Made by a program: the position numbers and the translations under genes. A DNA stretch of 64,000 nucleotides from positions 6,373 through 70,372 of the forward strand of contig CAZSPD010000001.1 in NCBI GenBank assembly GCA_964608765.1, in the 5' to 3' direction. This DNA is from Candidatus Woesearchaeota archaeon. Lineage in GTDB: Archaea > Nanobdellota > Nanobdellia > Pacearchaeales > GW2011-AR1. Within the stretch, counting starts at the first letter, position 1, and each line of letters begins with the position of its first letter. The notes below the pieces were generated by a model. That model searched no databases. It was not told the origin of the DNA and saw only the letters and a list, made by a program, of their open reading frames with translations. Positions 44,114 to 54,401 of this stretch are shown piece by piece.

Positions 44114-46495
44114 CTAAGATGTATCTAATCTTGATTTATCTTTTTCTTGTAACCCGTATTTTTCTAGCTGCTCTAAATCACTATTTATCATCATCTTAAC
44201 AAGTTCTTTGAATTTTGTTTTAGGTTTCCATCCTAGAACTTTTCTTGCTTTTGAAGGGTCAGCTAATAAATAATCAACTTCAGCAGGTCTATAAAATTGA
44301 GGACTAACCTTCACTACCATTTTTCCATTACATTTTCCAATCTCATTTATTCCTTTACCTTCCCATTTCACAGACATTCCAACACACTTGAATGACTCTT
44401 CTATAAATTCTCTAACTGAGTGAGTTTCACCTGTACCTATAACATAATTATCTGACTTGTCTTTTTGCATCATCATCCACATTGCTTCAACATAATCTCC
44501 TGCATATCCCCAATCTCTTTTTGCATCCATGTTTCCAATTTCAAAATACTCTTGGTATCCTAATTTTATTTTTGCAACAGAGTGAGTTATTTTACGAGTT
44601 ACAAATTGCTTCCCGCGTTTTGGAGAATTAGAAATAACTATTGTCCCCACACCAGCCATTAATTTTCCAGAAGCAGTTTCAATATCAAATACCCATTCTG
44701 GTTGATTTTCATGATAGAATATATTTTTAACTTCATTGTTTAGTTTAGCTAAATGATGGCAAATTTGAATTTGATTATTATTTTGTACTTTTCTTATAAA
44801 TGACCTTGAAATTCCTGTTTGTTTACAAATTTCTCTTTGGGAAATTTCATCATTTAATAATTCTTTAATTCTCTTTTCTTTCATCAAATTATTTGTAGGA
44901 GATAATAAATTTATTGAGTAATAACCATATCTCCCCTCTCTTTTTTCAAAGCTAATATTATAGTTTTGATTTGTAGTTTCTTTAATAAGAAAAATTAATC
45001 CTTGGGCAAGCAAAATAGAATTTGTTTTAAAATTTTTAAATTCGTAAATGCAGGGATTAGATTTCAATCCATCTGTCAGGTTATATCCAACTAAAAAAGA
45101 AAGTTTTATTTCTTTATCTGCATTTAAAATTCTGTTAGGAATTTTTTTAAAACCATCTTGTGTATAAATCTCTTTCCTTATAACCTTAAGATAACTAGAA
45201 TTTTTGTTTAACTTTATCTGCGTAGCAGTTCCATATTCTGTTTTATAATTTCTTTCTGTTATTGAACCTAAAGCTATTTTTTCCCATAATTTGGTTATTA
45301 ATTCCCTTATTTCTTTATTATTGTTGGTGAATTGCCCTTTTCCCTCCTCACTTACATATCCATCTCCAACCATCATTCCTAAAAACATAGCTTCTTCTTT
45401 TGATAACACTGATATTGTCTCTATTTTTGGAAATTCCCTTTGAAGGAGTTTTGTACCTATTTTTACTTCTTTAGATTTTAATTTATCTTTATTTTCATCA
45501 AACATATTATGATGATTTGTAGCTTCAATTATTCCATTTTTAGTGTTTATAGTTTTACAATGAAAATCCTCTTCTTGCTTTTTTCTTCTTGTAGCAGTCA
45601 TACAGTTTAAATCTACAAAATTTTCACCGTCCCATATTTCAGTGTTGCTTAATATCCATTGTTGGATATTTGATCCCTTTTCCTTAGGTTTTCTTATATC
45701 CTTTACTCTTACTATTGAGATTATATTAGATTTTTTCTCCCTAATTATTAGTGGAGTATTTTCAGATATACATTCATGGTTAAATAAAATTCCGTTACAA
45801 GCAAAAATATTATAACTTTCTCTATAATTTTGAGTTATATAGTATCCAAATGCTTTTGAAGCAGCATACGGGCTTCTAGGATGAAATGGAGTTGTTTCTT
45901 TCTGAGGTGTCTCTTGAACCTTTCCAAACATCTCTGATGTGGAAGCTTGATAAAATTTTATTTTTGGATTTAATATTCTTATAGCCTCTAGTATGTTTAT
46001 TACACCCAAGGCATTAATTTGTACAGTAGATATTGGTTGAGTCCAAGAATCAGGAACAAATGATTGTGCAGCTAAATTATAAATTTCATCAGGGTTTATC
46101 ACCCTTATTATCCTTATTATTGAGCCAAAATCTGTTACATCACCTGCAACTAATTTTATTTCCTTTCTTAAATGCCCAATTCTATCAAAAACATCCATGC
46201 TTGTTCTTCTATGTAATCCGTAAACTTCATACCCTTTTTTTATTAATAGTTCTGCAAGGTATGCTCCATCTTGTCCTGTGATGCCTGTAACAAGGGCTTT
46301 CTTCCCATTAGATTGTTCTTTATTATCTTTCATATTACTTTCCTGAGAAAGTTTAGGCTTTAATAAAGATATCTCGTCTTTTAATAATTCTATATCTTGC
46401 CTAACTCTAGAAAATGATTTCCTAATGTCCTTTTCATCCATGAATTCCTTAAAAAAGCGACATTTAAAAGTATATATGACTGTAAATATATACAT
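44114..46495 (-). CDS. gmd: GDP-mannose 4,6-dehydratase interrupted in-frame by a 382-aa intein. The track ORF carries a probably spurious ~54-aa N-terminal extension; the likely start is MKDNKEQ.
   Basis: Exteins align end to end with Gmd: ALVTGITGQDGAYLAELL...FACNGILFNHE | SPKRGKQFVTRKIT...GNMDAKRDWGYAGDYVEAMWMMMQ...FYRPAEVDYLLADPSKA. The inserted block begins with Cys and ends with Asn, followed by Ser. Confidence 0.85.
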   Translation of the reverse strand: MYIFTVIYTFKCRFFKEFMDEKDIRKSFSRVRQDIELLKDEISLLKPKLSQESNMKDNKEQSNGKKALVTGITGQDGAYLAELLIKKGYEVYGLHRRTSMDVFDRIGHLRKEIKLVAGDVTDFGSIIRIIRVINPDEIYNLAAQSFVPDSWTQPISTVQINALGVINILEAIRILNPKIKFYQASTSEMFGKVQETPQKETTPFHPRSPYAASKAFGYYITQNYRESYNIFACNGILFNHECISENTPLIIREKKSNIISIVRVKDIRKPKEKGSNIQQWILSNTEIWDGENFVDLNCMTATRRKKQEEDFHCKTINTKNGIIEATNHHNMFDENKDKLKSKEVKIGTKLLQREFPKIETISVLSKEEAMFLGMMVGDGYVSEEGKGQFTNNNKEIRELITKLWEKIALGSITERNYKTEYGTATQIKLNKNSSYLKVIRKEIYTQDGFKKIPNRILNADKEIKLSFLVGYNLTDGLKSNPCIYEFKNFKTNSILLAQGLIFLIKETTNQNYNISFEKREGRYGYYSINLLSPTNNLMKEKRIKELLNDEISQREICKQTGISRSFIRKVQNNNQIQICHHLAKLNNEVKNIFYHENQPEWVFDIETASGKLMAGVGTIVISNSPKRGKQFVTRKITHSVAKIKLGYQEYFEIGNMDAKRDWGYAGDYVEAMWMMMQKDKSDNYVIGTGETHSVREFIEESFKCVGMSVKWEGKGINEIGKCNGKMVVKVSPQFYRPAEVDYLLADPSKARKVLGWKPKTKFKELVKMMINSDLEQLEKYGLQEKDKSRLDTS
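44627..45772 (-). mobile_element. Intein with a LAGLIDADG homing-endonuclease domain inside gmd (host residues 242-623), inserted between E and S of the NHES motif
   Basis: Block A starts with Cys1 (CISENTPLI), block B is TNHH, the LAGLIDADG-like motifs are FLGMMVGDGY and FLVGYNLTDG, block F/G is VFDIETASG...GTIVISN, and the +1 residue is Ser. Confidence 0.75.
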
Positions 46496-46526
46496 AATTT
46501 TGATTAATCCAGATATTTAAAAATAG

Positions 46527-48059
46527 GTGTCATCTAATATACTTATGAGTCAAAGTTTAAAGAAACAAAACCTTTCAAAATTGGTTTTAAAAAATTCAGG
46601 ATATTTATTTTCTACAAATATTATTTTAAAATTTGGAGGGTTAATATTTACATTATTAATTGCAAGGCTTTTACTTCCTGAATTATTTGGTATTTATGCT
46701 TTAGCACTATCAATAACTGTTTTAGCTTTAACATTTACTGATTTGGGAATAAATAATACTTTTCTAAGATATTTTTCAGAGTCGTATGGAAAAGGTGATA
46801 ATGCCAAGTCCAAAGCATATATTAATCATATTTTAAAAATCAAATTTTCTTTAATTTTTGTAGTTGTACTACTTTTAGCAGTTTCCTCAAAATTTATTGC
46901 TTACACAATATACAATAAGCCCTTTTTATTATATCCTCTTCTTTTTTCATGTCTTTTTGTATTAGTTGAATCTATATGGTCTTTATGGTCAACAGCATTC
47001 ATAGCCACTAATAATCTTAAACCACTTCCTCCACTTAATTTATTACTCCAATTTTCAAAAATTTCATTTTCAGTTTTAGCTATATTATTATTTTCATACA
47101 ATTTTAAAGTCCCAGGAATATTCATAAGTTTTTTTGCATCTGGGTTAATAGTTCTTATTTTAGCATCTATAATATTATATAAAAGAAATAAGGAAATTAT
47201 AAAATCTAGACCTAAGAAAATTAATCTATCTAGAATAAATAATTATTGGAAGTTTATGATTTTATCCAGTATATCTCTTGCATTTTTTACTTCAATAGAT
47301 ACATTAATTTTAGGAGGGGTTGTATCTTCAGAGTATATCGGATACTATCGGGCTTCTTCAAGTTTAATCTTTACTATTGCATCTTTACTTTCTTTATCTG
47401 GTGTTTTTTTACCTATATTCACTCAAATTAAAGGGGAGAGATTTGAAAGAGGAGTTAATAAAACTCTAAGGTATCTATTGTCAATTTCAATACCTGCAAC
47501 ACTGGGAATAATTGTTCTTGGGAGGTATTTAGTGTTTTTTATATACGGGAAAGAATATATGGGTGCAGTTCTTTCATTATATTCTTTATCTTTAATAATT
47601 TTCTCAAATCCCCTAATTGATTTATATTCCACACTATTACAATCTAAAGAAAAACCTAAAATAGTAGGGAAGTCAATATTATACACTTTATTTTTGAATA
47701 TTGTTTTGAATATTTTAGCAATTTTCTTATTTAAAGATTCTCCACAAATGATTGTTGTGGGTGTTGGGGCTTCTACTGCTATAAGTAGGTTTATTCTTCT
47801 AGGAATCTTAGTATTTTATTCAAAAAAATATTTTAATTTAAAACATCAGAATAATAAATTTTATACAATAATTTTGTCTTCATTAATAATGTTTGTGCCA
47901 GTATTTTTGTTTTACAAATTAGCAGACATAAATTTAATATCTGGAATTATAGGAATATTTATTGGGATAGCAATTTATTTACTAGCAATGATTTTATTAA
48001 AAGGTTTTTCTAGAGAAGATATAAACTTATTAAAGTCAATTGTAAAAAGAAAAAGATGA
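46527..48059 (+). CDS. Polysaccharide/oligosaccharide flippase of the MOP superfamily (Wzx/AglR-like)
   Basis: About 14 TM helices in a 510-aa protein, located in a glycosylation cluster. Confidence 0.65.
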   Translation: MSSNILMSQSLKKQNLSKLVLKNSGYLFSTNIILKFGGLIFTLLIARLLLPELFGIYALALSITVLALTFTDLGINNTFLRYFSESYGKGDNAKSKAYINHILKIKFSLIFVVVLLLAVSSKFIAYTIYNKPFLLYPLLFSCLFVLVESIWSLWSTAFIATNNLKPLPPLNLLLQFSKISFSVLAILLFSYNFKVPGIFISFFASGLIVLILASIILYKRNKEIIKSRPKKINLSRINNYWKFMILSSISLAFFTSIDTLILGGVVSSEYIGYYRASSSLIFTIASLLSLSGVFLPIFTQIKGERFERGVNKTLRYLLSISIPATLGIIVLGRYLVFFIYGKEYMGAVLSLYSLSLIIFSNPLIDLYSTLLQSKEKPKIVGKSILYTLFLNIVLNILAIFLFKDSPQMIVVGVGASTAISRFILLGILVFYSKKYFNLKHQNNKFYTIILSSLIMFVPVFLFYKLADINLISGIIGIFIGIAIYLLAMILLKGFSREDINLLKSIVKRKR

Positions 48060-49084
48060 GCAAATTAAATAAAAAGAAAATAATCAAGATTAATTTCAAG
48101 TATTTTTTTGAAGGGTTTAATCCAGAAGATAATTTTTTTACTAATACTCTTAGAGAAATGTATGAAGTTAAAATAAGTGATAATCCTGATTACATATTTT
48201 ATTCAGTTTATCCAGATATATCTTATAAAAGAAGTTTAACAAAGAAAGGAGATTTTGTGAAGAGAATTTCTCCAAGAGTATATATCTTTTTAAGAAAATT
48301 GTACTCTCAGATAATTTTATCTTTTAAAAGAAAACAAGAATTACCTGAAGTTCCAAAAGGGAATTTTGTAAAAATATTTTATGGGGCAGAACATACTAAG
48401 CCAAATATGAGAGAGTGTGATTGGGCATTTTCTACTTATTTTGAAGAAGAAATAAATAACTCTAGATACATGAGAATACCTCTTGTTTTATCAAATGATT
48501 ATCAATTAAAGAATTTAGGAGTACCTTCTCTTAAAAAACCAATTAATTTTAAAGGGATTAAAAAGAAAAAGACTAAATTTTGTAATTTTATTTATTCTCA
48601 AGAAATCTTAGAAAGAAATAATTTTTTTAAGACTCTTAATAAGTATAAAAGAGTAGATTCTCCTGGAAGGTGTATGACAAATATGCCCCCCATAAAGGGA
48701 AAAAATGCAAAAGAATCAAGAATATCCTATAATTGGGTGCTGGATAAATTAGATTTTTTAGAAGAGTATAAGTTCACTATAGCCTTTGAGAACTTCTCTA
48801 AGCCAGGGTGGGTAACAGAAAAACTAACTCATCCTATGTTAGTTAATAGTATCCCTATTTACATAGGATCTAAAGATATTTCTAAAGAGTTTAACACTAA
48901 GAGCTTCATAAATTATTCTGATTTTAAAAATATGAAGGAATTTATTGATTACATAATTAAAGTAGATAATGATGATAAGCTTTATGAAAAAATATTAAGT
49001 GAACCTTGGTATAAAGATAATAAACTCCCTAGAGATTGGGATATAGATAGGATAAAAAAACAGTTTAAAGAGATTTTTGGTTAA
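48056..49084 (+). CDS. GT10-like alpha-1,3-fucosyltransferase family glycosyltransferase
   Basis: The segment TIAFENFSKPGWVTEKLTHPMLVNSIPIYIG matches the FEN(S)..GYVTEK(L/I) acceptor/donor motif of GT10 fucosyltransferases. Confidence 0.6.
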   Translation: MSKLNKKKIIKINFKYFFEGFNPEDNFFTNTLREMYEVKISDNPDYIFYSVYPDISYKRSLTKKGDFVKRISPRVYIFLRKLYSQIILSFKRKQELPEVPKGNFVKIFYGAEHTKPNMRECDWAFSTYFEEEINNSRYMRIPLVLSNDYQLKNLGVPSLKKPINFKGIKKKKTKFCNFIYSQEILERNNFFKTLNKYKRVDSPGRCMTNMPPIKGKNAKESRISYNWVLDKLDFLEEYKFTIAFENFSKPGWVTEKLTHPMLVNSIPIYIGSKDISKEFNTKSFINYSDFKNMKEFIDYIIKVDNDDKLYEKILSEPWYKDNKLPRDWDIDRIKKQFKEIFG

Positions 49085-49119
49085 AATTTATTAGTTATTT
49101 GAATATTTAAAGATAAATA

Positions 49120-50094
49120 TTATTTGTAAGGAATTTTATTTTTGCTAACTTGTTTTTCAATCCAATGATAAGTTTCACGCATTCCTTCTTCTAAAGAATA
49201 TTTTGGTTTCCACCCCAATGAAGATATTTTTTTATTTGAGAAATACCTTGCTTCAACTCCGACAGGACCTTTAATATGTTTAATCCTAATGTTTTTATTT
49301 GCAACTTTTGCAATAATTTTAGCTAATTCATTAATTGAGATGTCTTTTGAGGGCCCGATATTAACTGCACTTTTTATATTTGAATGCATTAACAAGTTTA
49401 TAGCGTCTAATAAATCACTAACATAAACAAACACTCTCCTGGCTTTACCATCTCCCCAAACATCTATTTCTCCAGAACTTCCTTTTATTTCAGCTATTTT
49501 TCTTGATAAAGCTGCAGGAACTTTTTCTCTTCCTCCCCTCCAAGTTCCTTCAGGCCCATAGCAGTTTTGGAATCTGGCTATTTTTATTTCTGTTCCGTAT
49601 TTTTTTCCAAATGCTTGATATATTCTTTCTGAGTAAAGTTTTTCCCACCCATATTCATTATCCGGATTAGCAGGTATAGCTTCTTCTTCACTTATTTCTT
49701 TTTCTCCTTTTTCCATATTTCTGTATACACACACAGAAGAAGAAAAGAAAAGCTTTGGAACTTTAAACTCTTTTATAGCTATATGAGCCATATTAATATT
49801 TATTAGTGCATTATTATGCATTATATCGCATTCTTCTGAATGAATAAATCCCATACCTCCCATATCTGCTGCTAATTGATACACTTCATCAAACCCCCCT
49901 CCTATTGAAAGTGCTTTTCTACAATTTCCTCTTCCCCTTAAATCTAATATTAAAAATTCATCTGCTTTTGTTTTAGAAAATTCAGGGTATTTTATATCTA
50001 CACCCCTTACCCAATAACCTTCTTTTTTTAAATAAGTAACAAGATGACTTCCAATAAATCCTCCTGCTCCACAAACCAACGCCTTTTTCATCAA
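49120..50094 (-). CDS. gme: GDP-mannose 3,5-epimerase (SDR family)
   Basis: Full-length match to GME signatures: CGAGGFIGSHL, QLAADMGGMGFI, YGPEGTWRGGREKVPAA, WGDG..RR. Confidence 0.75.
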   Translation of the reverse strand: MMKKALVCGAGGFIGSHLVTYLKKEGYWVRGVDIKYPEFSKTKADEFLILDLRGRGNCRKALSIGGGFDEVYQLAADMGGMGFIHSEECDIMHNNALININMAHIAIKEFKVPKLFFSSSVCVYRNMEKGEKEISEEEAIPANPDNEYGWEKLYSERIYQAFGKKYGTEIKIARFQNCYGPEGTWRGGREKVPAALSRKIAEIKGSSGEIDVWGDGKARRVFVYVSDLLDAINLLMHSNIKSAVNIGPSKDISINELAKIIAKVANKNIRIKHIKGPVGVEARYFSNKKISSLGWKPKYSLEEGMRETYHWIEKQVSKNKIPYK

Positions 50095-50179
50095 TTTTTT
50101 TAAGCTTTTAGATTTTTAAGCTTTTATACTCTTATAGAGCATAATTAATTTTATATACCTTTTTTAAATAGAGTATCTT

Positions 50180-51115
50180 ATGGAAAACCCCACAATATCT
50201 GTAATAATGCCCGCATACAATACGGAAAAATATTTAGAAGAAAGCATCAAATCAATATTAAATCAAACCTTTACAAATTTCGAGTTTATAATAATAAATG
50301 ATGGTTCGAAAGATAACACTAAAAAGATTATAGAGATCTACAAGAAAAAAGATAAGAGGATAATTCTTTTAAACAATCCAAAGAATCTAGGATTGCAAGT
50401 TTCCTTAAATAGGGGTTTAAAATTAGCAAAAGGAAAGTATATCGCAAGAATGGACTCAGATGATATCTCTCTTTCGAATCGTTTTCAAATACAGATAAAC
50501 TTTCTTAATAGGAATAAAGATATATTTCTAGTAGGAGGATCGGCTATTGTAATTAATGAAAAAGGAGAAAAAGCAGGATGTTTTATTAAGAACGATAGTT
50601 CAAAAAGGATAAAAAAGAAACTTTTAAAATCAAATCCTTTTATTCACCCCTCAATTATGTTTAGAAATGAAAGGGTATATTACAGAGAAAAATTTGTGTG
50701 TTCAGAAGATTACGATCTTTATTTAAGATTATTGACTGATAATAAAAATATGAAAAATTTACCCAACGTCTTAATAAAATACAGGATAAGGAAAGATTCT
50801 TTTGTTTCAACAATGCCTTATCAAGAATTCTATTTCAGAAAGGCAAAAGAATTTTATCTTCAGAGAAAAAAAGATAATAAAGATGCTTATGAAAACCTTA
50901 AACCCCCCTCTAGTTCTCCAAATAATATTGATTTTGATAAACTTAATCAAAGAACAAAAATAATTGTTAAATTCCAAGATAACCAGATGAAAGAAGTAAG
51001 AAAAGAAATAAGAAAATATTTTAATAAATACGGATTTAACAAAAGATATGCAATGTACTATCTATTAAGTTTTTTACCCTTTAAAATAATAAAACTATTG
51101 AGAAAAATATTCTAA
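50180..51115 (+). CDS. Family 2 glycosyltransferase
   Basis: ISVIMPAYNTEKYLEESIKSILNQTFTNFEFIIINDGSKD together with DSDD are the GT-A/DXD signatures. Confidence 0.75.
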   Translation: MENPTISVIMPAYNTEKYLEESIKSILNQTFTNFEFIIINDGSKDNTKKIIEIYKKKDKRIILLNNPKNLGLQVSLNRGLKLAKGKYIARMDSDDISLSNRFQIQINFLNRNKDIFLVGGSAIVINEKGEKAGCFIKNDSSKRIKKKLLKSNPFIHPSIMFRNERVYYREKFVCSEDYDLYLRLLTDNKNMKNLPNVLIKYRIRKDSFVSTMPYQEFYFRKAKEFYLQRKKDNKDAYENLKPPSSSPNNIDFDKLNQRTKIIVKFQDNQMKEVRKEIRKYFNKYGFNKRYAMYYLLSFLPFKIIKLLRKIF

Positions 51116-51149
51116 TTTAGGAGAGATTGCCCTGTTTTATATTTTATTC

Positions 51150-51335
51150 CTTGACACACCAAACTTCAATTTAGTCTTCTATTTTTTTTTAAGAATCACT
51201 AATATCTCCTTCCTGCAAGCCATATCTCAATTAAGTAATGTCTCCAGATATTTTTTACCCCACTTATCTAGTGATAGTTCTTTTATGGTTTTTATAGATT
51301 CGTTTATTATTTTGTTCATTTTTCTATTGTAAGCT
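51150..51335 (-). pseudogene. Decayed 3'-end fragments of a second methyltransferase copy (~51150-51185) and a second GT4 copy (~51241-51330)
   Basis: The segment 51241-51322 is about 85% identical to 52330-52410, which is the 3' end of the GT4 gene. The segment 51156-51182 repeats the 3' end of the methyltransferase gene (CACCAAACTTCAATTT) with an in-frame stop. Confidence 0.5.
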
Positions 51336-51377
51336 TTAAACTCTTTCTTTTTTAAGCATTATTCTTATAGAAACCAT

Positions 51378-52316
51378 TTAATTTGAACACCAAACTTCAA
51401 TTTGATCCCCGATTTTAAGCACATTAACTGCCCACGTTAGGGGAGTGAATATAATTTCTAAAAATTTATTGAACACTTCTTTTCTTTTTTTAATTCCTAA
51501 TAAGAAATATAAAGAAATAACAAATTGATTTGGTCGTGAATTGTATCTTATCTTAGATATTTTAAATCCGTAATTTTCTAAGAGAAATTTTAAATTTTTA
51601 TCTGAATAATTAATTAAATGCCTTGGAACATCTAGTTGGTGCCAGTTTTTCCTAAATATTTTGTAAGCCAGTGAATTGCTATTTGGAACACCTATTATTA
51701 ACACTCCTTTTTTTTTCAATATTCTCTTAATTTCCATTATTACTTCGTGAGGATTATTTGTATGTTCAAGAACATGATTCATTGTTATTATATCAAAAGA
51801 ATTTTGGGGGTATCTAGATTTTATCAAATCTAATTTTTTTATATTAAGGCTATATCTTTTATTTTCTTCTGCACTAAAATCTCCTGGTTCAATTCCTCCT
51901 ACATCTAAACCCAAAGCTTTCATCTCATACAAAAATTGCCCGCTTCCAGAGCCTATGTCTAATAATTTTAACCCTGGTTTAATGTTTGTTCCTCTTGACA
52001 TAAACTTTAGAGGAAATAGCCCTGCTTTTAATAAAAAGTTTTTATTTTTTTTATCAAAATAAGTTTTATACAACAGCATCTTTATCTTTAATTTTTTAGA
52101 GTTAGTATCTATTTTTTTTAGAGAATAATATTTTTTTGAGGGGTAGTATTTTTTAAGTTCAGAATTTGATGGAGATGGATTTAAAAATATAGATTTACAT
52201 CTCTTACATTTATATAGAGAAAATATCTGGGGAATATTAAGATTTTTATCATATTGTTTAAAAATTAGCCTTATATTTTTGCTTCCACATATCTCACATT
52301 TATTTATAAAATTCAT
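51378..52316 (-). CDS. Class I SAM-dependent methyltransferase with an N-terminal zinc ribbon
   Basis: CEICGS...CKRCKS zinc ribbon, followed by the LDIGSGSGQF motif I of SAM methyltransferases. Confidence 0.7.
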   Translation of the reverse strand: MNFINKCEICGSKNIRLIFKQYDKNLNIPQIFSLYKCKRCKSIFLNPSPSNSELKKYYPSKKYYSLKKIDTNSKKLKIKMLLYKTYFDKKNKNFLLKAGLFPLKFMSRGTNIKPGLKLLDIGSGSGQFLYEMKALGLDVGGIEPGDFSAEENKRYSLNIKKLDLIKSRYPQNSFDIITMNHVLEHTNNPHEVIMEIKRILKKKGVLIIGVPNSNSLAYKIFRKNWHQLDVPRHLINYSDKNLKFLLENYGFKISKIRYNSRPNQFVISLYFLLGIKKRKEVFNKFLEIIFTPLTWAVNVLKIGDQIEVWCSN

Positions 52317-52317
52317 T

Positions 52318-53469
52318 TTATTTTAGTAAGATATCTAGATATTTTTTACCCCACTTATCTAATGATAATTCTTTTACAGTATTTATAGATTCTTCTATAA
52401 TCTTATTTTTAATGTTTTTATTATTTAATATTGTAATTGCCTTAGTAGAATCATTTTTATCAAAAAACTCAATAATTATACCGTTTTTATTATCTTTAAT
52501 TATTTCTTGTTTTGAGTCTTTTGAACAAACCAACATGCAGCCAGAAGCCATTGCTTCAGATACAACAAGGGTGGGGGCCCCTCCTTCATACCTTGATAAG
52601 CAAAAGAAGATATCCGAAGCATTGTAGTAATAAGGTATTTTTTCTCTAGAGACATTTTCTCTATAGATTATAAATTTTTCATTTAGAAATTGTTTATTTT
52701 TTTTATAGTCTGCACCAACAACTATGAGCCTATAGTTTTTATTTAATTTGTATATTTCTTTAGATATTTTAACTACTCTATCCAATCCCTTTATCCAATA
52801 TCCTGCTTTTGAAAGATGCAACCCATAAATGTTGTTCTCATTCAATTGAAGCTCTTTTCTCATTTTCTTTTTATTTCGATATTTAAAATCCTTTAATTTT
52901 ACACCTGTTCTTATGACAATTAAATCTTTTCTTCCTTTGTAAGTTTTATTTATTTCTTCTTTTACTCTATTTGATACACTTATTATTTTATCTGCATGTT
53001 TTGTTGGAGGTTTTTCAATAAGATACCCGTATAATAACATGGGGGAAAGGAATATCTTTTTTATTAGATTAAATCTTTGTAAGTGCACTTTATAATATGG
53101 GTAAGTTGCCCCGTGATAGGTATGTATTACTCTTTGATTTTTTTGTTTTTTGTAGTTACTCATCCAATATCCCCAAACAGCATGAGAATTTATTATATCA
53201 AAATAATTATTTTTTAAATATCTTCTAACTTTTCTATTAAACAATATATCGTCTATAAAAATTGGAGTTTTGCACTTTAATCCAATATATTTTATGTTTT
53301 TTTCATTAACTATTTCATTTTTATCTGATTTGTATATCCAAGTAATTTGAACATCCAAATCTTCGTTTTTTACGTAGTCAATTAGATTTTGTTGATATAG
53401 ACTCACTCCCCCTACAAATTGAGGTCCAGAACCGGTTATAAAACATATTTTTGTTTTTTTATTTTTCAT
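52318..53469 (-). CDS. Family 4 glycosyltransferase (GT-B)
   Basis: C-terminal EGGAPTLVVSEAMASGCMLVCS resembles the GT4 E-x7-E region. Confidence 0.7.
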   Translation of the reverse strand: MKNKKTKICFITGSGPQFVGGVSLYQQNLIDYVKNEDLDVQITWIYKSDKNEIVNEKNIKYIGLKCKTPIFIDDILFNRKVRRYLKNNYFDIINSHAVWGYWMSNYKKQKNQRVIHTYHGATYPYYKVHLQRFNLIKKIFLSPMLLYGYLIEKPPTKHADKIISVSNRVKEEINKTYKGRKDLIVIRTGVKLKDFKYRNKKKMRKELQLNENNIYGLHLSKAGYWIKGLDRVVKISKEIYKLNKNYRLIVVGADYKKNKQFLNEKFIIYRENVSREKIPYYYNASDIFFCLSRYEGGAPTLVVSEAMASGCMLVCSKDSKQEIIKDNKNGIIIEFFDKNDSTKAITILNNKNIKNKIIEESINTVKELSLDKWGKKYLDILLK

Positions 53470-53470
53470 T

Positions 53471-54382
53471 TTATTCTAAAATTTTGTTATATTTTTTTGA
53501 TGAAAACGAAATAATCCATAAACCTAAATTTCTTACGAAGTTTTTTCTTATAGTTATGTTTCTTATGCCTTTATCTGTATCCCTTTTCTTTTTAAGTATA
53601 GCTACACTAGGCAGTAAAATATAAATCCTAAAAAATTTATTCCATACTTTTAAATGTCTTCTTGAAAAAATTATATCATTCTTAAATCTTATTAATAATT
53701 TTCTCTTATCTTCTTGAGAATCAATGCTTTTACCTTTTTTGTGGATTATCTTCACAAAAGGAATTGAAACTATTTTCCATTTTTTTTCTTTTGCTCTTAA
53801 ACAATAATCTGTATCTTCCAATAAGTATGGAGAATACTTTTCATCTAATAATCCTATTTCTTTTATAACTTCTTTTTTTATTATAAAACACGCCCCCATA
53901 ACATGGTCCACTTCAAATATTTCTTTTTTATTATCATACAATTCTAAACTTATCTTCCATCCTTTAATATATCCTCCAATGTTTTGCAGGCTTCCATCAG
54001 GATATCTTATATTACATCCCAATATGCCTACATTTTTATTTTCCTCTCCAACTTCAATAATCTTATCTAACCAATATTTCTCAATAATCTCACAATCATC
54101 ATTCAAAAGAATAAAGTAATCTGGATTATACTCCTTTATTGCTTTTTTCATCCCAATATTATTTGACTTTGAGAAGCCTAGATTTTTATTATTTGAAATT
54201 ATATCTACCCATTTAAACTCTTTTTTTATTTTTTTAGCTATTTCGCCCTTTCCACTATCATCAACAAAATAAACTTTATAATTTTTATAATGCGTTTTTT
54301 TCTTTAAACTTAAAAGGCACTCTTTAGCTAGTTTTTCTTGATTATAAGTACTGATTATTATTGCAATTTTTTTTTCTTTCAT
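53471..54382 (-). CDS. Family 2 glycosyltransferase
   Basis: IAIIISTYNQEKLAKECLLSL...VYFVDDSGKG, and a DXD motif. Confidence 0.7.
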   Translation of the reverse strand: MKEKKIAIIISTYNQEKLAKECLLSLKKKTHYKNYKVYFVDDSGKGEIAKKIKKEFKWVDIISNNKNLGFSKSNNIGMKKAIKEYNPDYFILLNDDCEIIEKYWLDKIIEVGEENKNVGILGCNIRYPDGSLQNIGGYIKGWKISLELYDNKKEIFEVDHVMGACFIIKKEVIKEIGLLDEKYSPYLLEDTDYCLRAKEKKWKIVSIPFVKIIHKKGKSIDSQEDKRKLLIRFKNDIIFSRRHLKVWNKFFRIYILLPSVAILKKKRDTDKGIRNITIRKNFVRNLGLWIISFSSKKYNKILE

Positions 54383-54401
54383 TTCATTTTAGAATTTTTT
54401 A

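Noticed and set aside
46336-46495. About 54-aa N-terminal extension of the gmd ORF (MYIFTVIYTFKCRFF...)
   Set aside because: Gmd homologs begin immediately before the GxxGxxG Rossmann motif. The internal Met at MKDNKEQSNGKKALVTG fits, and the extension overlaps the divergent promoter region of the flippase gene.
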